Positions 25,711-39,658 of a stretch of 64,000 bases of DNA are shown one piece after another. Position numbers and translations under genes: made by a program. The DNA is taken from positions 170,936,001 to 171,000,000 of the forward strand of contig NC_058368.1 of NCBI RefSeq assembly GCF_018350175.1. The letters run 5' to 3'. The stretch's first letter is position 1; the number at the start of each line of letters is the position of its first letter. Below the pieces are notes generated by a model. The model did not search any database. It saw nothing but the letters and a program-made list of their open reading frames with translations, and had not been told where the DNA came from. This DNA comes from Felis catus. Its lineage: Eukaryota.

Positions 25711-26085
25711 ATCATGCTTCTCTTTGGATTCTTCCTTCCCATGCCCACTAAATAAGAGCTGGAGGTCACTACTGTAATTTCAGAGATAAATACCCCTGGT
25801 GTTCATCTTTAAAGCTGTTCCACCAGACAACCAAAGTCAGCTTCAAAGGAGTTGTTTATGTCACCCTTACATCTTCCAAGGAGGGAGCCTTCTTGGCTGG
25901 ATCAGAGTTAACATTTAAAAAATATATATGTTAGATTAGGGCATAGAGTAGGATGGAATTTATCTTCAGAGCAGTGAGACGTATTTTTGGCTGAGATATA
26001 GGATGGGAGTAAAAATGAGGTGCAGATGTTGCCCAGAGAGGTAGGGCCCTTGGAAATAGGCCACCTGGAATTGGCTATGGTGTTG

Positions 26086-26089
<4 letters not shown>

Positions 26090-26135
<46 letters not shown>
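26090..26135. repeat. (CT)n microsatellite
   Basis: About 22 perfect units. Confidence 0.97.
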
Positions 26136-26138
<3 letters not shown>

Positions 26139-26479
26139 TAAATCTCTAATTTTCAACCCTTTCTCACAAGTCACCTGCAATGAAATTTATGGTCTGGGTT
26201 GAGGTTACCAGTCAGACAACATCTAGAGAATTGAATATTTCTCCTAATTAATGTCCTAGGAAATAGAACACTGGTTTTAAAGCCACACAACTCGACTGTC
26301 TGAACTTGGATCAGCACTGATAATATTTCACTTTTTAAGTTTGTTTACACCATCCTCCTATCCTGTAAAGAGGGCTGCAGACAATGGCAGCAATGAACTA
26401 ATTTCCTTACTGTCAATCCATTCAGTCCACATTACAGGCAGTCACTCTCTTGTGGGGGCTAGATATCAATTCTATTCCT

Positions 26480-26701
26480 TTTTAATTTTCTTTTTTTAAT
26501 TTTAGAGAGTATGAGCAGGAGAGAGGGGCAGGGAGAGGGGGTGGGGAGAGAGAGAAAGAGAAAGAGAGAGAGAACAAATATCCCAAGCAGGGTTCAAGGT
26601 CAGAGCATAGCCCAATGTGGAGCTTGATCCCATGACTGTGATCATGATCTGAGCTGAAACCCAGAGTTGGCCACTCAACCAACGAGCCACGTAGCCACCC
26701 C
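26480..26701 (-). mobile_element. CAN-SINE (older)
   Basis: Reverse SINE; TSD gatatcaattctattc/gagatcaattccattc. Confidence 0.9.
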
Positions 26702-27049
26702 GAGATCAATTCCATTCTTAATTTTTACTTTTTATTTGTCCAAGCAATTGCTCGTCCCTAAGTTATAGAGCTCTGGAAATGCATTTATTCAAAAATTAAT
26801 TGGTTCTTGAACAAAATGTTTCTATTTGAAAGCAGCATGTTTGTTTTATACTTATCACATTTTTAATTATACAGTTATTTATTTGTCTAACTTCCTTACA
26901 TAATGTAAGCTTCATTCAGGTAAGATCATGTCAGTTTGTTAACCACAGTATGGCCAGTATGTGGCACCTGGTAGGTACTCATTAAATATTTGATCAACTA
27001 AATACTGAGTGGCTGCTTCGAGTGCAAAAGAGGGGAAGGAAAGGGTGCT

Positions 27050-27802
27050 TTTTAAGCAGACATGGCAGGCTCATAAACTATCCTGGTAAGGACAAATACA
27101 AATGAATAATAAGAGACTTAATCTTCCCTGTTGGAAATAAGGGAAGAAATTTTTGTGTCTTCCTTTTTCTCAGAGCATTTACCTTAGAAAAATTGTAATT
27201 ATTTTATCCTCTTTGAAATGTATATAAATTCTTAACAAAACAAAAACAAAAATTCTTTTTAAAAACTAGATAGGCCTGTTGTCAGCTTTATGACCAGGAA
27301 TGTCTTCGTCAAGGACTTGGGATCCATCTCCTTGAAATGTACACATCAAGGGAGGTGGCACCCCAGTAGTCCAGTGTCTGTGGGAGGGTAGGAGCCTAAT
27401 TTTGATGGGTGCTTTGTTCCAATTGCAAAACTGTTTCCCTTTATGAAGATATTAGAAATTTGTTTTTCTTCTGGATGAAGCCAATAGGCTAACACAGATG
27501 GTCACCCCACTTACAAGGTAAAGTTAGGGCACACTCTGTGTGACAAATGGTGCTGTTCCCTTACTTGTGGACTAGTTATTATTTATCTTGAAAACATGTA
27601 TTAATGGGTTGTATCTGCTTGGCTACCACAAGGATGAGAATTCTTCCTGTCCTTGTAGTCTCTTGGGGGATTGCCTGCGGTGCACATCACATTCTGGTTT
27701 AATGTTTCTTTAATAATAAAACTGTTTTCTGTCTCTGCTACCTTTGTGAGGAGGTTTTCTAGGCTGTGAGAAGATTTTGTTTCCAGTGATAATTCCCCAA
27801 CA
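27050..27802 (+). mobile_element. ERV1 LTR, MER34/MER39-like
   Basis: 'ctcagagcatttaccttagaaaa', 'tctgtgggagggtaggagcctaa', AATAAA ~27715, ends ccccaaCA; 5' end uncertain. Confidence 0.65.
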
Positions 27803-27899
27803 GAGACAAGGGGCACCCAGTGGAGAATTTACAGGACAGCAGGAATTATCTGTGTAGAAGAGGAAGAGTATTTCAGTCATGTGGAGAAGACCAGAGATG

Positions 27900-28980
27900 T
27901 CAGAAAGCACTAGTTGCAAGAGAGGTACAGAGAAGAGCTAGGCACTGAAGAGCCTCTTAAGTTAGGTTAAGGGAGTTGGACTTTACCCTGAGGGAAATTG
28001 AATAATCAAGCTGGTGTCCTAATAGGATTTGCCCTTAGGAACCATAACTGTTGCTTGAAGAAGAGTTTGGAGAAAACGTGAAGAAAACATTGGAGAGAAG
28101 TATTCGTGAATATACGGAGATGAAGTTAATGTGAGAGATTCAGTTATCAAGGTGGGTGATAATAAAACAGTAATAATAGTAATGATAATCTAGGTAACCA
28201 CAACTAATACTTTCTTGAGCTAACCATGTGCTGGGCACTCTTCTCAGCCTTCACATGTATTGTCATTAATTTGTACAGCAACTCTGTGAGGTTTGTTGCA
28301 TTACCATCTCTGTTTACAGTTGAGAAACATAAACAGATTAAATGACTTGCCCAAGGTAGTATTCGGTAGAGCTATAATGTAAACCCTGGCTCCAGGGACA
28401 TTTCTCTTCTATTCTATACTGCCTCCTGATGTCATAGTTTGGACAAGGATGGTGGCAGAATGAATATGTAAGGTGGATTGATTCAATATATATTTAGAAG
28501 ATACAATAGACAGGACCTCACTGTTAAATAGAGGCAGGGAATGGGCAAGTAGATGTTAAGGATGTCACCCAGTTTTTTATTACAGTTGGTCTATTCACTG
28601 AGGCCGAAGTGCCAAAAACATGGCAGTTTGGGAAGAGAAGTTAAAGAATTTGAAGGACCTGCTGCATTGAGGAACCAGAGTGGAGATGTACAATGAAGCA
28701 GCTATTACAAAACTCTGAAACTCAGGGAAGACATCCCTGAGCACAAGGATGGCAACTGGGGTCATGAGAACAGACCAGAACACCTAAGGAGAGTGAGCCC
28801 AGTAAAGAGCCTGGATCAAATGCTTGTGGAACATCAAGAAGAGAAGAGTCACCCCCTTCGGAAATTAAGCAGATCTGTCGAAAGAGGTATAGGAGAAACT
28901 ATTTTGAGAGTGTGGTATTTTCACAACACAGAGAAAAAAAAGTCTCCAAAGGAGGTAGGGTCAGAAGTGTTAAGAACTGC
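27900..28980 (-). mobile_element. L2 remnant containing a MIR (~28190-28425)
   Basis: 'ttggactttaccctgaggg'; MIR antisense 'tgagaaac...aaatgacttgcccaagg'. Confidence 0.6.
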
Positions 28981-30689
28981 CATAGAATCTGCTGTGGCTC
29001 AGAAAGAAATAAGTGAAGCTATGACCCTCCCTGCCAAACTTCAACCAGTCTGAACATGAATCTAACTCAGTTTTTGATGGAAGTTTCACATGGTAATGCT
29101 TCGATTCAATTTTTGCTTCATATGTGTAGACTGCTGTCATTTCCCCCCCAGTGGTACACCATATTGCTTTCCTTCTGTGAAGCTAAGTATGCAAAATAAG
29201 ACCTCACAAATCCTCCTGCTGCCTCAGGAGGAAAACACCAAAAATGAAGGCTGGCTGAGTAAGCAAACTGAGCGTTCCTTTCTATAAGAGCAAAACCCGC
29301 CGTTTTCACAGTCTCCCCCTAAAGGTCTGTAGAAGGATGCTATTCACTCTACAGCCTTCCGTTGTTTGTGACCCACATCTTTCTATTAATATAATTTCAT
29401 TACTTAGCATTTTCCTTTGGAAGCAGGGTTAGGGTGATTTAATGATGTCTTCAGAGATTTTTTTAAAGTAGACCTGTGAATGGGATCCGTGCTGAGTTGG
29501 GTTAGGCTAAGATGGAACCTATTATTTATGCCTGAAGATTTCAGGGAATGACTAAATAATGTTTTCATTCTGTGCATCTGGGCAACTTAATTTCATTTTG
29601 TCCCCTGCCATTTGAAGATAGCTTTAGGGTTTTCTTTTCTTTTTCCCTCTATTCATTCTCTCCCAAAGTCTCCCCGCTCTTCTCCTACCCTCCCCACTAT
29701 TGGATTGTTCATCTTTATTGGCTTGGAAACAGGGCTGCAATGTGATTTTCCACTTGGATTCTAGTGGAATGGAATTTTTAGAAGTTTTTCTATCTTCTGG
29801 CTACATGTGGGTGATGAGGAAAACTCTCTCCATCAAGGCTCAGAGGGCGTTACAATACTTAGCCGCCAGGAATAGTTGAGGTCTAGAGTTGAGGGTGCCT
29901 TAGCCAATATATAAAATAACACCAGAAATAAAAGAACAGAGAAAGTAAAAAAACTAGTGATGGGTCTTAAGGACTTGGAGACACCCTCTTTACCTCTTCC
30001 CTAGTTTTTCTTTGTCAAGTCTTTCTTTATTGAGTCTTTATAGAAATGGACTAGTACTGGTTGGAATTCTGTGCAGGGCTCTGCCAATCCTATTTTAGCA
30101 CTTGATGTGGGTAGTGATAGCTTGAGGTAAGATGTGAGATAATGAATGGGTTAGCTCTGGGTACAGTGCCAGATAGATTTTTTTTTTTTCCTTAGTTTGA
30201 TAACTTGGAGAAATACCCGAGTTTGGTTGTAAACATCCATTCCCAGCTTTGCTATTGACTTGCTGAAATTTTAGTAAATTCTGTAGCCACTCTGAGTTTT
30301 GCTTTCTCCACCTCAGAGTACAAGCAGCATTCCCTCCTCTCCAGGGCACTGGCATGCTTTGAGTTGGTGGAAAGTAGAAGCTCTGTGTGCACGTTGGCTC
30401 TTGCATTTCCTTCCATTGCAGATTAGGCCCTAGCAAATATATTCTGTGAGAGAGAAATCTTGAAGGAGTGCAGGGAGTCATTGCTTCTAAATAAGTAACT
30501 GAGGAGAATTCCCCTTTAGCTAGAGAAGATGAAGAATTCTGAGATGTCCCTGAAGAGCTAGACTCAAGATGGCATTAAGGTAGTGACAAGTAAGGCTTTC
30601 TGGAGATGAGTGGAATATGAGGCGGGGTAGAGGTTCTCTGTAGGAGGCTGTCTGGCTGTAGGACACTCATCTTCACTATATGCGAAGAG

Positions 30690-30920
30690 GGAAGGGAACC
30701 TACATTTCCTGAGCACTTTGTCCACACCAGGCACAGTGCTAGGCAGGTTTATGCACATGATCTGGTTTAAAAAGTGCTCAATGAGGCAAATGCTATTACA
30801 TAACTTTGCTTATGAGGAAACCAAAGCTCTGAAAGGTAATAAGACTTACTGATAGATACTCAGTTAATAAAGGACAGAGATGGAATTTGAACCTAAGTCT
30901 TTCTGAGTGTATAGTCCTTT
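30690..30920 (-). mobile_element. MIR
   Basis: 'ccaggcacagtgctaggc...tatgaggaaacc...ggaatttgaacctaagtct'. Confidence 0.75.
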
Positions 30921-30949
30921 TACTTTCCTGATATCCTGCTTCTGGCAAC

Positions 30950-31455
30950 TGTTTCCTGCTCTGGCATTATAGGGTCAGGAAGGGTCCTCATCCTCTCCAC
31001 ACACTGGGCTCGGTTCTGACCCTGCTCCTGATCTCTGGAGGATGGGCACATGACCCAGGTCTGGCAGTGAGCCTCGGGAACCCTGTTGGCCACCACGATT
31101 AGATCAGGGTCAGACAGACAACACAATATAAAGCCAGCGAGTGTCAACTTCTAGGACTGAGAAAAAAGGTACCCTCTTTCTTTTGGAGTTGCTAAGCCTG
31201 TGGAACATAAACCTGGAGCTGCTGTTGAACACCTCTGCCAGCATGTAGAAACAGCCCATCTGAGAATCGTGTGAGCAGAGCGGAAAGAACAGAGGAGAGA
31301 TGGATATTTGACATCAGCACCACCTGACCACCTCTTTTCTGCTGTGCCTGACCCTAGACCTACCCCAAAACTTTCCATTTGGTGAGCCAGTTTCCTGGCT
31401 TAAGAAAAACCTTGCCAAGTTTTCTGTTACTTGCAACCAAAGAACCCTGACTAAT
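30950..31455 (+). mobile_element. MaLR LTR (MLT1J-like) remnant
   Basis: 'gggcacatgacccagg' ... 'tttctgttacttgcaaccaaagaaccctgactaat'. Confidence 0.65.
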
Positions 31456-31571
31456 GGGAGCATTAACAGAGGGAATTTTAAAAGGTATTTCACTTTTTCT
31501 CATCTTTGCAAATGGGCAATATTGGGGAGATACTATACACCTCTGAAAGAGTTAAGTGGCCATGGAACGCC

Positions 31572-32072
31572 ATATTAGTTTCCTGTTGCTAACCTAACAG
31601 ATCACCACAGACTTGGTGGCTAAAAACCGGATAACTTTTTTGTGTTAGAGGTCTGTAGTTCAGAAGTTCAACACGGGACTCATGGGGCTTTTAAATTCAA
31701 GATGCCAACAGGGCTGTATTCCTTTCTGGAGGCTTTAGGGGAGAACCCATTCCCTTGTGTTGTCCAGTTTCTAGAGGTCACCTCCATTCTGTAGTGTGTG
31801 GTTCCCTTCCTCCATCTTCAAAGCCTACAACAGTACTTCTGCAGTCACGCATCTTTCTCTGACTCTTCCCTTCTGTCTCTTTCCACTTTTAAGCACTCGG
31901 CAATCACATTGAACCCAAGATAATGTCCCTATTTTAAGGTCGGCTGATGAGTAAACTTAATTTCACCTGTAATCTTAATTTCCCTGCTGCCATGCAAAGT
32001 AACATACAGGTTCTAGGCATTAGGATGTGGACATCTTTGGTGGAAGGCAGGGGGCATTATTCTGCCTACCAC
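31572..32072 (-). mobile_element. MaLR LTR (MLT1C/D-like), ~500 bp
   Basis: 'tattagtttcctgttgct...ctttctggaggctttaggggagaacccatt...attctgcctaccaca'. Confidence 0.85.
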
Positions 32073-32619
32073 AGTGCATTCTCCTACCATAGCAAGCAAC
32101 ATGCTTTTTTGTGATTTCACATTTACTTGCCTGCTTTTCCAATAACCTGTGATCATTTCTTATTTCTGATTTTGTCCTAGTGCCTATCACAGAGCTTGTC
32201 CCATAGTCAGGGCCAATGAAAGTGTCTGGGTTTGGTTGCTGTAGAAAATCAAGGAAAGGGCAGTTAGGCAAGGGGTAAGGAAAGGCTTTCTGGAAAATGA
32301 TTTCTTTGTCATTGCTATATTTTTGGCATCCAACACTGTAGATTTTCAAAAAATATTTGGTGAGTGAATAAATAAATAAAGGTAGGATTTGAATTGGACC
32401 TTTTAAGATAGGTAGCAGTTGAGGCTGAGAATAAAAAATGTGTAAGGTGTGCCTGGGGCTCAGTGAAGGGAGGATGAAAGTAATAACTGGTGTAGTTATC
32501 GGGCAGAAGGAAAGACAGGGTGTTGGAACAGCCAGGGTCAGCCTGGGGGAGCAGCCTAAGGAGCAAAGGGCTTTTGTTCTCTGTATACGCTGAGATATCC
32601 TCAAGGCCATTTCTCACCT

Positions 32620-33756
32620 TACCGGATGTCACATGCACTCACTCCTTAGAGATCTCACTGGTCCCATCAATGCCATCAACATGCTAAGAGCTCTCAGATG
32701 TACATAATCTAGACCCAGCCTCTTGGACCTCCATATTCACTTATTCCAAGTGCCTATTTGACATTGCCATGCAACCTGAAAAGCATCTCAGAATTCACTT
32801 GTCCAGAAACAAATTCCTGATTTTCACCACTCCCACCCCAACATCAGCTTTCTTTCCCATCTTCCACATCTCAATAAATGAATATTCTAGTCTTTCAATT
32901 GCTCAGATGAAAGATGTTGGAGCCTGCTTTATCTCTCAGCCTACATTTAATTGATCAGTAGGTCCTACTGCTGTACCTTTAAGATATTTCCAAAATCTAT
33001 TTCTCGATACCTCTGCCACTAAGCCTTAGTTTAGGCCATCATCATCTCTCAACCAGCACTACTGTAATGGCTTCCCCACTGGGCTCCCTTGTCTCACTAT
33101 TTCCCCCTTATTCTCAATAAAGTAGCTAGAGTAATTCTTTTAAAATTCTAATGAGATCTCTGCCCCAACCCCCCCAGAGGTTCTGAGTCTCACTCTTGGA
33201 GTAAACACTAAAGTCCTTACAGCAGCCTACAGGAACCCACACTAGATGGCTTTGCCCTCTGCTCCTTCTCAGTCCCCATTGCCTACTGCCCTTTCCTACA
33301 CATCCAGCTACACTGGCCTCCTCGCTGATCCTGGAACACACCACATCTGCCTCTGCCTCAGGGCTTTGGTACCATTCAGTTCTCCCTACACACAGACTAC
33401 TCCTTTCCCAGATATTCCCATGACTCATGCACACACTCATTCATTTCCTTCAAGTCTCTGCTACAATACTGACTTCCCAGGGGGGCATTCTTTCACAGCC
33501 CAATATACAATAGTAGTATTTCCTTCCTAGTGTTCCCTATTTCCCTGATCACAGGTTTTCTTTCCCCACCCCCACACCATTTGCCAACATCTGATTTGCT
33601 GTATATTTGTTTATATTGTGACCCCTCCACTAATAAATGTAACCTCCAAAATGGTACAGACTGCATTTTTTGTTTTTGCAATTTATACTCAGTACCTAGA
33701 ATAGTATCCAACACATAGTAGGAACTCAAAAAATACTTGTTGCATGATAAAATATT
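32620..33756 (+). mobile_element. L2 (L2a-like) 3' 1.1 kb
   Basis: Pyrimidine-rich L2 sense motifs ending 'cacatagtaggaactcaaaaaatacttgttgcatga'. Confidence 0.8.
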
Positions 33757-35979
33757 TGTTTTTCCAAAAAACAGTGGAAAGTAGATGATGAAGAGTCACC
33801 TGGTCGTGGGCTTGGGAGAAAGGAGTTGGATATAGCCTGCAGGAGACTGAGAGAGAAGCCATGTTCTTGAATCTGGGAGTATGGGAAAGGAGAGACAGTG
33901 AAAGAGCTCCACAAATAGAAACCTCTTAGATGTGGTAGAATGAGTATAGGAAATGAAGGTGAAGGAAGTCAGATGACTTGATGAATTTTAGATTGGGAAT
34001 TGGAAATGAGAGTGGGTACCCCTAAGAGAAAGATGTGTCTGGTACAGGGGGCCCTTTTGGAAGCGAACAGGAGATCAGTTTCTGGCTAGGTTCCATTTGT
34101 CATGTCTACAAAACATTCCCATGGAGGCATCTCTCAGGAGAAAGGGCAGAGACTGGGCCTGTATCTGCCTTTCTGCTGGGCTCCTCCCAGAAGCCCAAGG
34201 AGTCCGGCTTGTTGGAGGGGCAGAAGTCTCACGTGCTCCTTGTACCATAGTCTGATATTTGGGCAGCTGGATACCCAGCTTCACTTAGGGAATAACCAGA
34301 GGGGTGCCCTGCCTGAGGCAGCACACCTGGAGCTTGGCGTGCTGAGACAGACCAGACATGGGAGTTTCTAGTGAAGTGCCAAGTGGGAGGGCGGAAAAAA
34401 CTAACCCAGCAAAGGCAGAATGAGAGTGTATGTTTAACTCTTTGTTTATTCATGTTGGTGAGAAAGTTTGGGATTTATCAGGATTTCTGAAGAGAGGAAA
34501 GTACTATTTTATGGAAATTCCAACTGAATGATTGGAACCATCTGCAGTTTTCAGTCCACTGATACCTAGACTATGGTGGTAACCCTGACTGCTCAGGAAT
34601 GTGCCACCTCATAAATCTTGCTTAAACACTTAATGCTCTCATGTTAGCCTAGCTGGGATTTCACTTAAGCTGTTTAACCAGTTAAATATTGGCAGAGTCC
34701 TGTTTTCCCTCCACTTGGTGAAGGAGATTAGTTGCCTCCTCCAGAGGGCTGGTGATATGAACAGAAAATTTCTGTCTCCCTGGGTGAGGACAACATGGCC
34801 TCCGCTAGGGAGGCTGTGGTGACTCAGGAGAAGGAGCTGGAACCCGAGGCCAGAGCAAGTCCTCGGATGCCAAGGAAAGACAAACCAATGAAGCAGAGCC
34901 CTGTCAGTTACCCAGTGAGCCTCACTGAGAGGATAACACTCCCCGATGGCTTATCCCTTGGCAGGTCATTGACTGACTTGCCAGTTCCCTTCAGGTACAC
35001 TTTGGAAAATGGCAATGATTTATCTTTAACTTGGCACCTCTGAACCAACAGCTAAGAAAACCAAATTGCCTTCCTATTTAAAAGCACACACCTGTCTTCC
35101 TTCTTCGGTGCACTACATAGGAGGTGCTGGCTCTGATTTCTCTGCAGGGTGCCTCACACCTTTAGCCGCCTTTCTCTCCTTCGGGCCTGGAACAGGTGCT
35201 TGCTCTACCCTGGGTGGGTATGAATAGATTCCTAGTGTACATGTTGGCTTGTTCAGGTATTTACCCAAATTTCTGATTTTTTTTCCAGGAAAACAGAAGA
35301 TTCTCATTTTTGCTTGATTTTTTTGCAGCCTCAAAGGGGAGATAACATAGCATCAATAGCAGGGGATATGGCTTTCTTCCCTCCATTTGTCATGGTCACA
35401 CTGACCACTGTGGTCTAAATCCTACTAAACTCTTAGATATCTATTTCTATTTCTAACCCCTCTAACTTGCCCAGAGAGGTGAAACTGTGCTAAAGCAAGA
35501 TAGCTGTGGCCTTTTGAGTCATACCTAGGACCGTATCCCTTTGAAGCCTTGCTTTCTATTGAGTCATTGCAATACACTGAACATGCTTCTCCATGACTCC
35601 AGTCTCATTCTCAGTCTTCGGTCATTTTCCTTTTCAGACTGATGTCTGTCAAAGGCATGCCCCTCCTGTCTCTCCCCTCCAGATACTAGCATCAGCTCTT
35701 TAACTACAAGAAATACAGGAAAGATATACAAATACAGGAAGAGCCCCTGCCCTCAAACAACCCAGAGGCAGTCCCTAAGACAAGGAGATACAAAGCCTGA
35801 CAACCTTTTTAGCAAAGGAGAGATGGGAAAATATAGGGAGAATCACTCAATTATCCTCACACAGGACAAAATCCACCTCTGCGTGTTATGTAGCCTCTTA
35901 TAGATCATATCTCTACTACCCCATTTATAAAGTGGGGATCCCACAGGGTTGTTATAGGAGGTGAATATCATAGTTCCTC

Positions 35980-36450
35980 AAAGCGAAGAGATCATTCTTC
36001 GTTCTTTCAAAAAATATTGAACGGCTATTTTATGATAAAGCACCAAGGAAAAAACGGTATGCTTGTATGGGATTGACATGCTAATTAGATGGTGAGCCTT
36101 TAGTAAAGAGAAGAAAGCATCCAGCCACATAGATTCAGGAGGAAGAGCATTTCTGGCAGAGGGCATAGCTAATGAACGCAAAGGCTTTAAGATGGAAACA
36201 CGTTTTGCACCCCAGGAACAATAAAGCTCCATTGTGACTGGAGCCTGTGGGTAAAAGTAAGAGTGGAGAGGGAAGCAGGGGTCAGCTCTTGTGAGACTTA
36301 CAGGAGAAGGTAAATATTTGGACTTCACGTTAAATACCAAAGGAAGAGTAGCATGTTCTGGTTTACATTTTAAAAGATCACATTGTCTTCTTTATGTGAG
36401 GGATTGCGAGAGTGGAAGTAGGAAGGTAGGGTACGAAAATTGGAGTAAAA
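35980..36450 (-). mobile_element. L2 remnant
   Basis: 'aagagcatttctggcagaggg', 'ttttaaaagatcac'. Confidence 0.6.
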
Positions 36451-36771
36451 GACAGTCATTTAGGGTAGGGGGCATGTGGCTTGGATTCTACATTTGGACT
36501 TTTCATTTCTGGACAGTAAAAGTTGAGTCTTAACTGGTTTCCAGTAGTGCGCTCAGAGTAAAGCATCTGCCCTTCTGGTCTCTATGAAGAGGTATTTGTG
36601 ACCGTTTTAAACATCCAATCTGTTTAGTCTGGATCACATAAGTCTGGTATCTTTATGGGTCTAAGTCATAGAAAAATTGTTTTCCAGAGCTGGTGAGAGG
36701 TCTTATGGTGCATTCTTTGCCTCAGCCTGTCTACACTTAGACCCTTTCAGTCCAGGTGAATGGATACTCTT

Positions 36772-37400
36772 TAAAACAATGTAATAGCTTTATTGAGGTG
36801 TAACTTACATGCCACAAAATTTGCCTTTTTAAAGTGTAGAAGTCGTGGTTTTTAGTATATTTACAGAGTTGTGCAGCCATCACCACAGTCTAATTTTAGA
36901 GTAGTTTCTATCCAAAAAGAAATCTTGTACCCATTAGTAGTGACTCTCCATTCCTCCTACTCTCTGCTCCAGACCTAGGCAACCGTCAACCTACTTTCAG
37001 TTTTCATTAATTTCCTTATTCTGTACATTTTATATAAATGCAATCATAAAATATGTGGCCCTTCTGTGACTGGCTTCTTTCCCTTTGAACAATGTTTTCC
37101 AGGTTGATCCATGTGGTTTGTATTGGTACTTCATTTCTTTTTATTGATGAATAACATTCTGTTGTATAGATACGCCACATGTTTGTTTATCCATTTGTCA
37201 GGTGATATTTGAATTGTTTCTATTATTTCTACTTTTTGACTATGATGAATAATGCTGCTGTGAACATACGTGTACATGTTTTTGTGAGCATATGTTTTCT
37301 CATGGGTGTATGTCTAGCAGTGGAATTGCTGGATCTTATGGTAATTCTATGCTTAATCGCTTGAGGAACTACCAGACTGTTTTCCAAATGAATGTCTACT
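36772..37400 (-). mobile_element. Old L1 (L1MB/MC-type) 3' end
   Basis: 'agctttattgaggtgtaac...'; ORF 37229-37420 ends MFTAALFIIVKK (ORF2 C-terminus). Confidence 0.9.
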
Positions 37401-38071
37401 TTTGAAAATACTATATGCACAGTGCAAGGATGTCACCCTCGTCTCTAGTTGCATGGTTTTTTAACTTATTTCCTTGATCAGGAAGTTTTTCTTCACAATG
37501 AATCAAAAAACTTACTTTCTATATTTGAAAGTAATACCAAAAGCATCATCCTTTAGTTTCCTACAAATAAAGCAATACTGAATTCTTTAGCTTATTTTCT
37601 TCCCTTTAAACATTTTCTTATTTTGCCTAATTTTCTCCTCCTTTATAGATTCCTTCTTCATTTAAAATATAGAAATCAAGATCTGTGACCCTAACAAGAA
37701 TCTTACCAGTGCCAGCAATTACAAAAAGATTGCTTTCATAGTAACAGCACGTACTGCTTTCTTGGTTACATATATAGTCTCTTTGACCCTCAGGTCTTTT
37801 TCTATCATACTTGTGTAGGTTGGGTTAATCTCTCTTCTATCTGTGGTTTTCCATATCTATGCATATGGCTTTACATGCCAGTGCTTGAAACTGGTGCTCA
37901 TCTGGCCTCTGAAACTGAGGTTTTTTTTCTTGTCAACCTTAAACCTCTTACTCATTTCTCCATGTTGGTTTCATAGCACTAGCACATATTTTTCAGAAGC
38001 TGGGAGAAGGGCCCCTTCCTCTAGACCCTACCTTGTCTTAAATTTTCAGCTCCTGGTGGGTTCTTCCCTTT

Positions 38072-38332
38072 TTTTAAAAAAAAAAAATTATTATCATTAT
38101 TATTATTTTTAGTGCTTACTCACTTTTGAGAGAGAAAGAGAGAGACAGCATGCGTGCACGCGCATGCAAGCTGGGGAGGGGCAGAGAGAAAGAGAGAGGG
38201 AGATACAGAATTCAAAGCAGGCTCCAGGCTCTGAGCAGCATGTAGCCCAACATGGGGCTCAAACTCATGAACCATGAGATCATGACCTGAGCCAAAGTCA
38301 GACACTTAACCAACTGAGCCACCCAGGCGCCC
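38072..38332 (-). mobile_element. CAN-SINE
   Basis: Perfect 15-bp TSD tgggttcttcccttt (38057-38071 / 38333-38347). Confidence 0.97.
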
Positions 38333-38548
38333 TGGGTTCTTCCCTTTGAGATGAGGAAAACTGAATCTTACTATGTTCTTCAACATAGTAATTCTGCTTG
38401 GATCACAGCCCTTAATGAACAAATGCCTTCTATTTATTTGGTCATCCATCCGTCATTCAATATATGGTTATTGAGAGTCGGGTACTGTTCTAGGTTCTGG
38501 GAAAATAGTAGTGAACAAAATAGACCAATACCTAGCACTCAAATAGTT

Positions 38549-38778
38549 AATAATCTTTTTTTTTTTTTAATTTTTTTTAACGTTTATTTTACTTTTGAGA
38601 CAGAGACAGAGCATGAACGGGGGAGGGTCAGAGAGAGAGGGAGACACAGAATCGGAAGCAGGCTCCAGGCTCCGAGCCATCAGCACAGAGCCTGACGCGG
38701 GGCTCGAACTCACGGACCGTGAGCTCGTGACCTGGGCCGAAGTCAGACGCTTAACCGACTGAGCCACCCAGGCGCCCC
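38549..38778 (-). mobile_element. CAN-SINE (felid, fairly young)
   Basis: TSD tcaaatagtt; CpGs intact. Confidence 0.97.
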
Positions 38779-38854
38779 TCAAATAGTTTATATTCTAGTG
38801 AATGTTATATAATTTAAACATAGGCAAGCTTGATCCCTGAGATATGGTCATTTA

Positions 38855-39084
38855 TTTATTTATTTAAATTTTTTTCTCAACGTTTTTATTTATTTTTGGG
38901 ACAGAGAGAGACAGAGCATGAACAGGGGAGGGGCAGAGAGAGAGAGGGAGACACAGAATCAGAAACAGGCTCCAGGCTCTGAGCCATCAGCCCAGAGCCC
39001 GACGCGGGGCTCGAACTCACGGACCGTGAGATCGTGACCTGGCTGAAGTCGGACACTCAACCGACTGCGCCACCCAGGCGCCCC
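38855..39084 (-). mobile_element. Young SINEC_Fc-type SINE
   Basis: Perfect 17-bp TSD tgagatatggtcattta (38838-38854 / 39085-39101). Confidence 0.98.
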
Positions 39085-39440
39085 TGAGATATGGTCATTT
39101 AACAAGGAGTTTATATTTTCTGTTGATATCCACCCCCTTTAAAAAAAAAAAAAAAGAAGCTGTAGAACAGAAGAATTACTTGTTCATAATCAGTCCCTGA
39201 CAGGGCTAAAATAGATCCTAGGTCTTAGACTCCCAGTGTCCTTTGTACCACACGGTGCAAATGGAAAAGGTTTGAGGAGCCCCTTGAACTGACAGACATG
39301 CCATGAGTTAATGTAGCATTTCCTAGGTATGGAAACATTTATGAGATATTAGTAGAAATTTCTATAGACCTTAGAATTAAAGAACACAAGGAACATGAAC
39401 ATGAAGGATAGGAAAAGTGAGAGGTGGCATTTGAAGACTT

Positions 39441-39658
39441 AAAAAAATTTTTTTTAATGTTTATTTATTTTTGAGAGAGACAGAGACAGAATGTGAGTGG
39501 GTTAGGGGCAGAGAGAGAGGGAGACACAGAATTGGAAGCAGGCTCCAGGCTCTGAGCTGGCAGCACAGAGTCTGATGTGGAGCTCGAACTCAGGAGCTGC
39601 GAGATCATGACCTGAGCTAAAGTTGGACGCTTCACCAACTGAGCCACCCAGGCACCCC
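39441..39658 (-). mobile_element. CAN-SINE
   Basis: TSD tgaagactt/tgaaaactt. Confidence 0.95.

Noticed and set aside
32020..32610. 196-aa minus ORF
   Set aside because: No recognisable homology, overlaps a MaLR end, composition typical of a chance ORF
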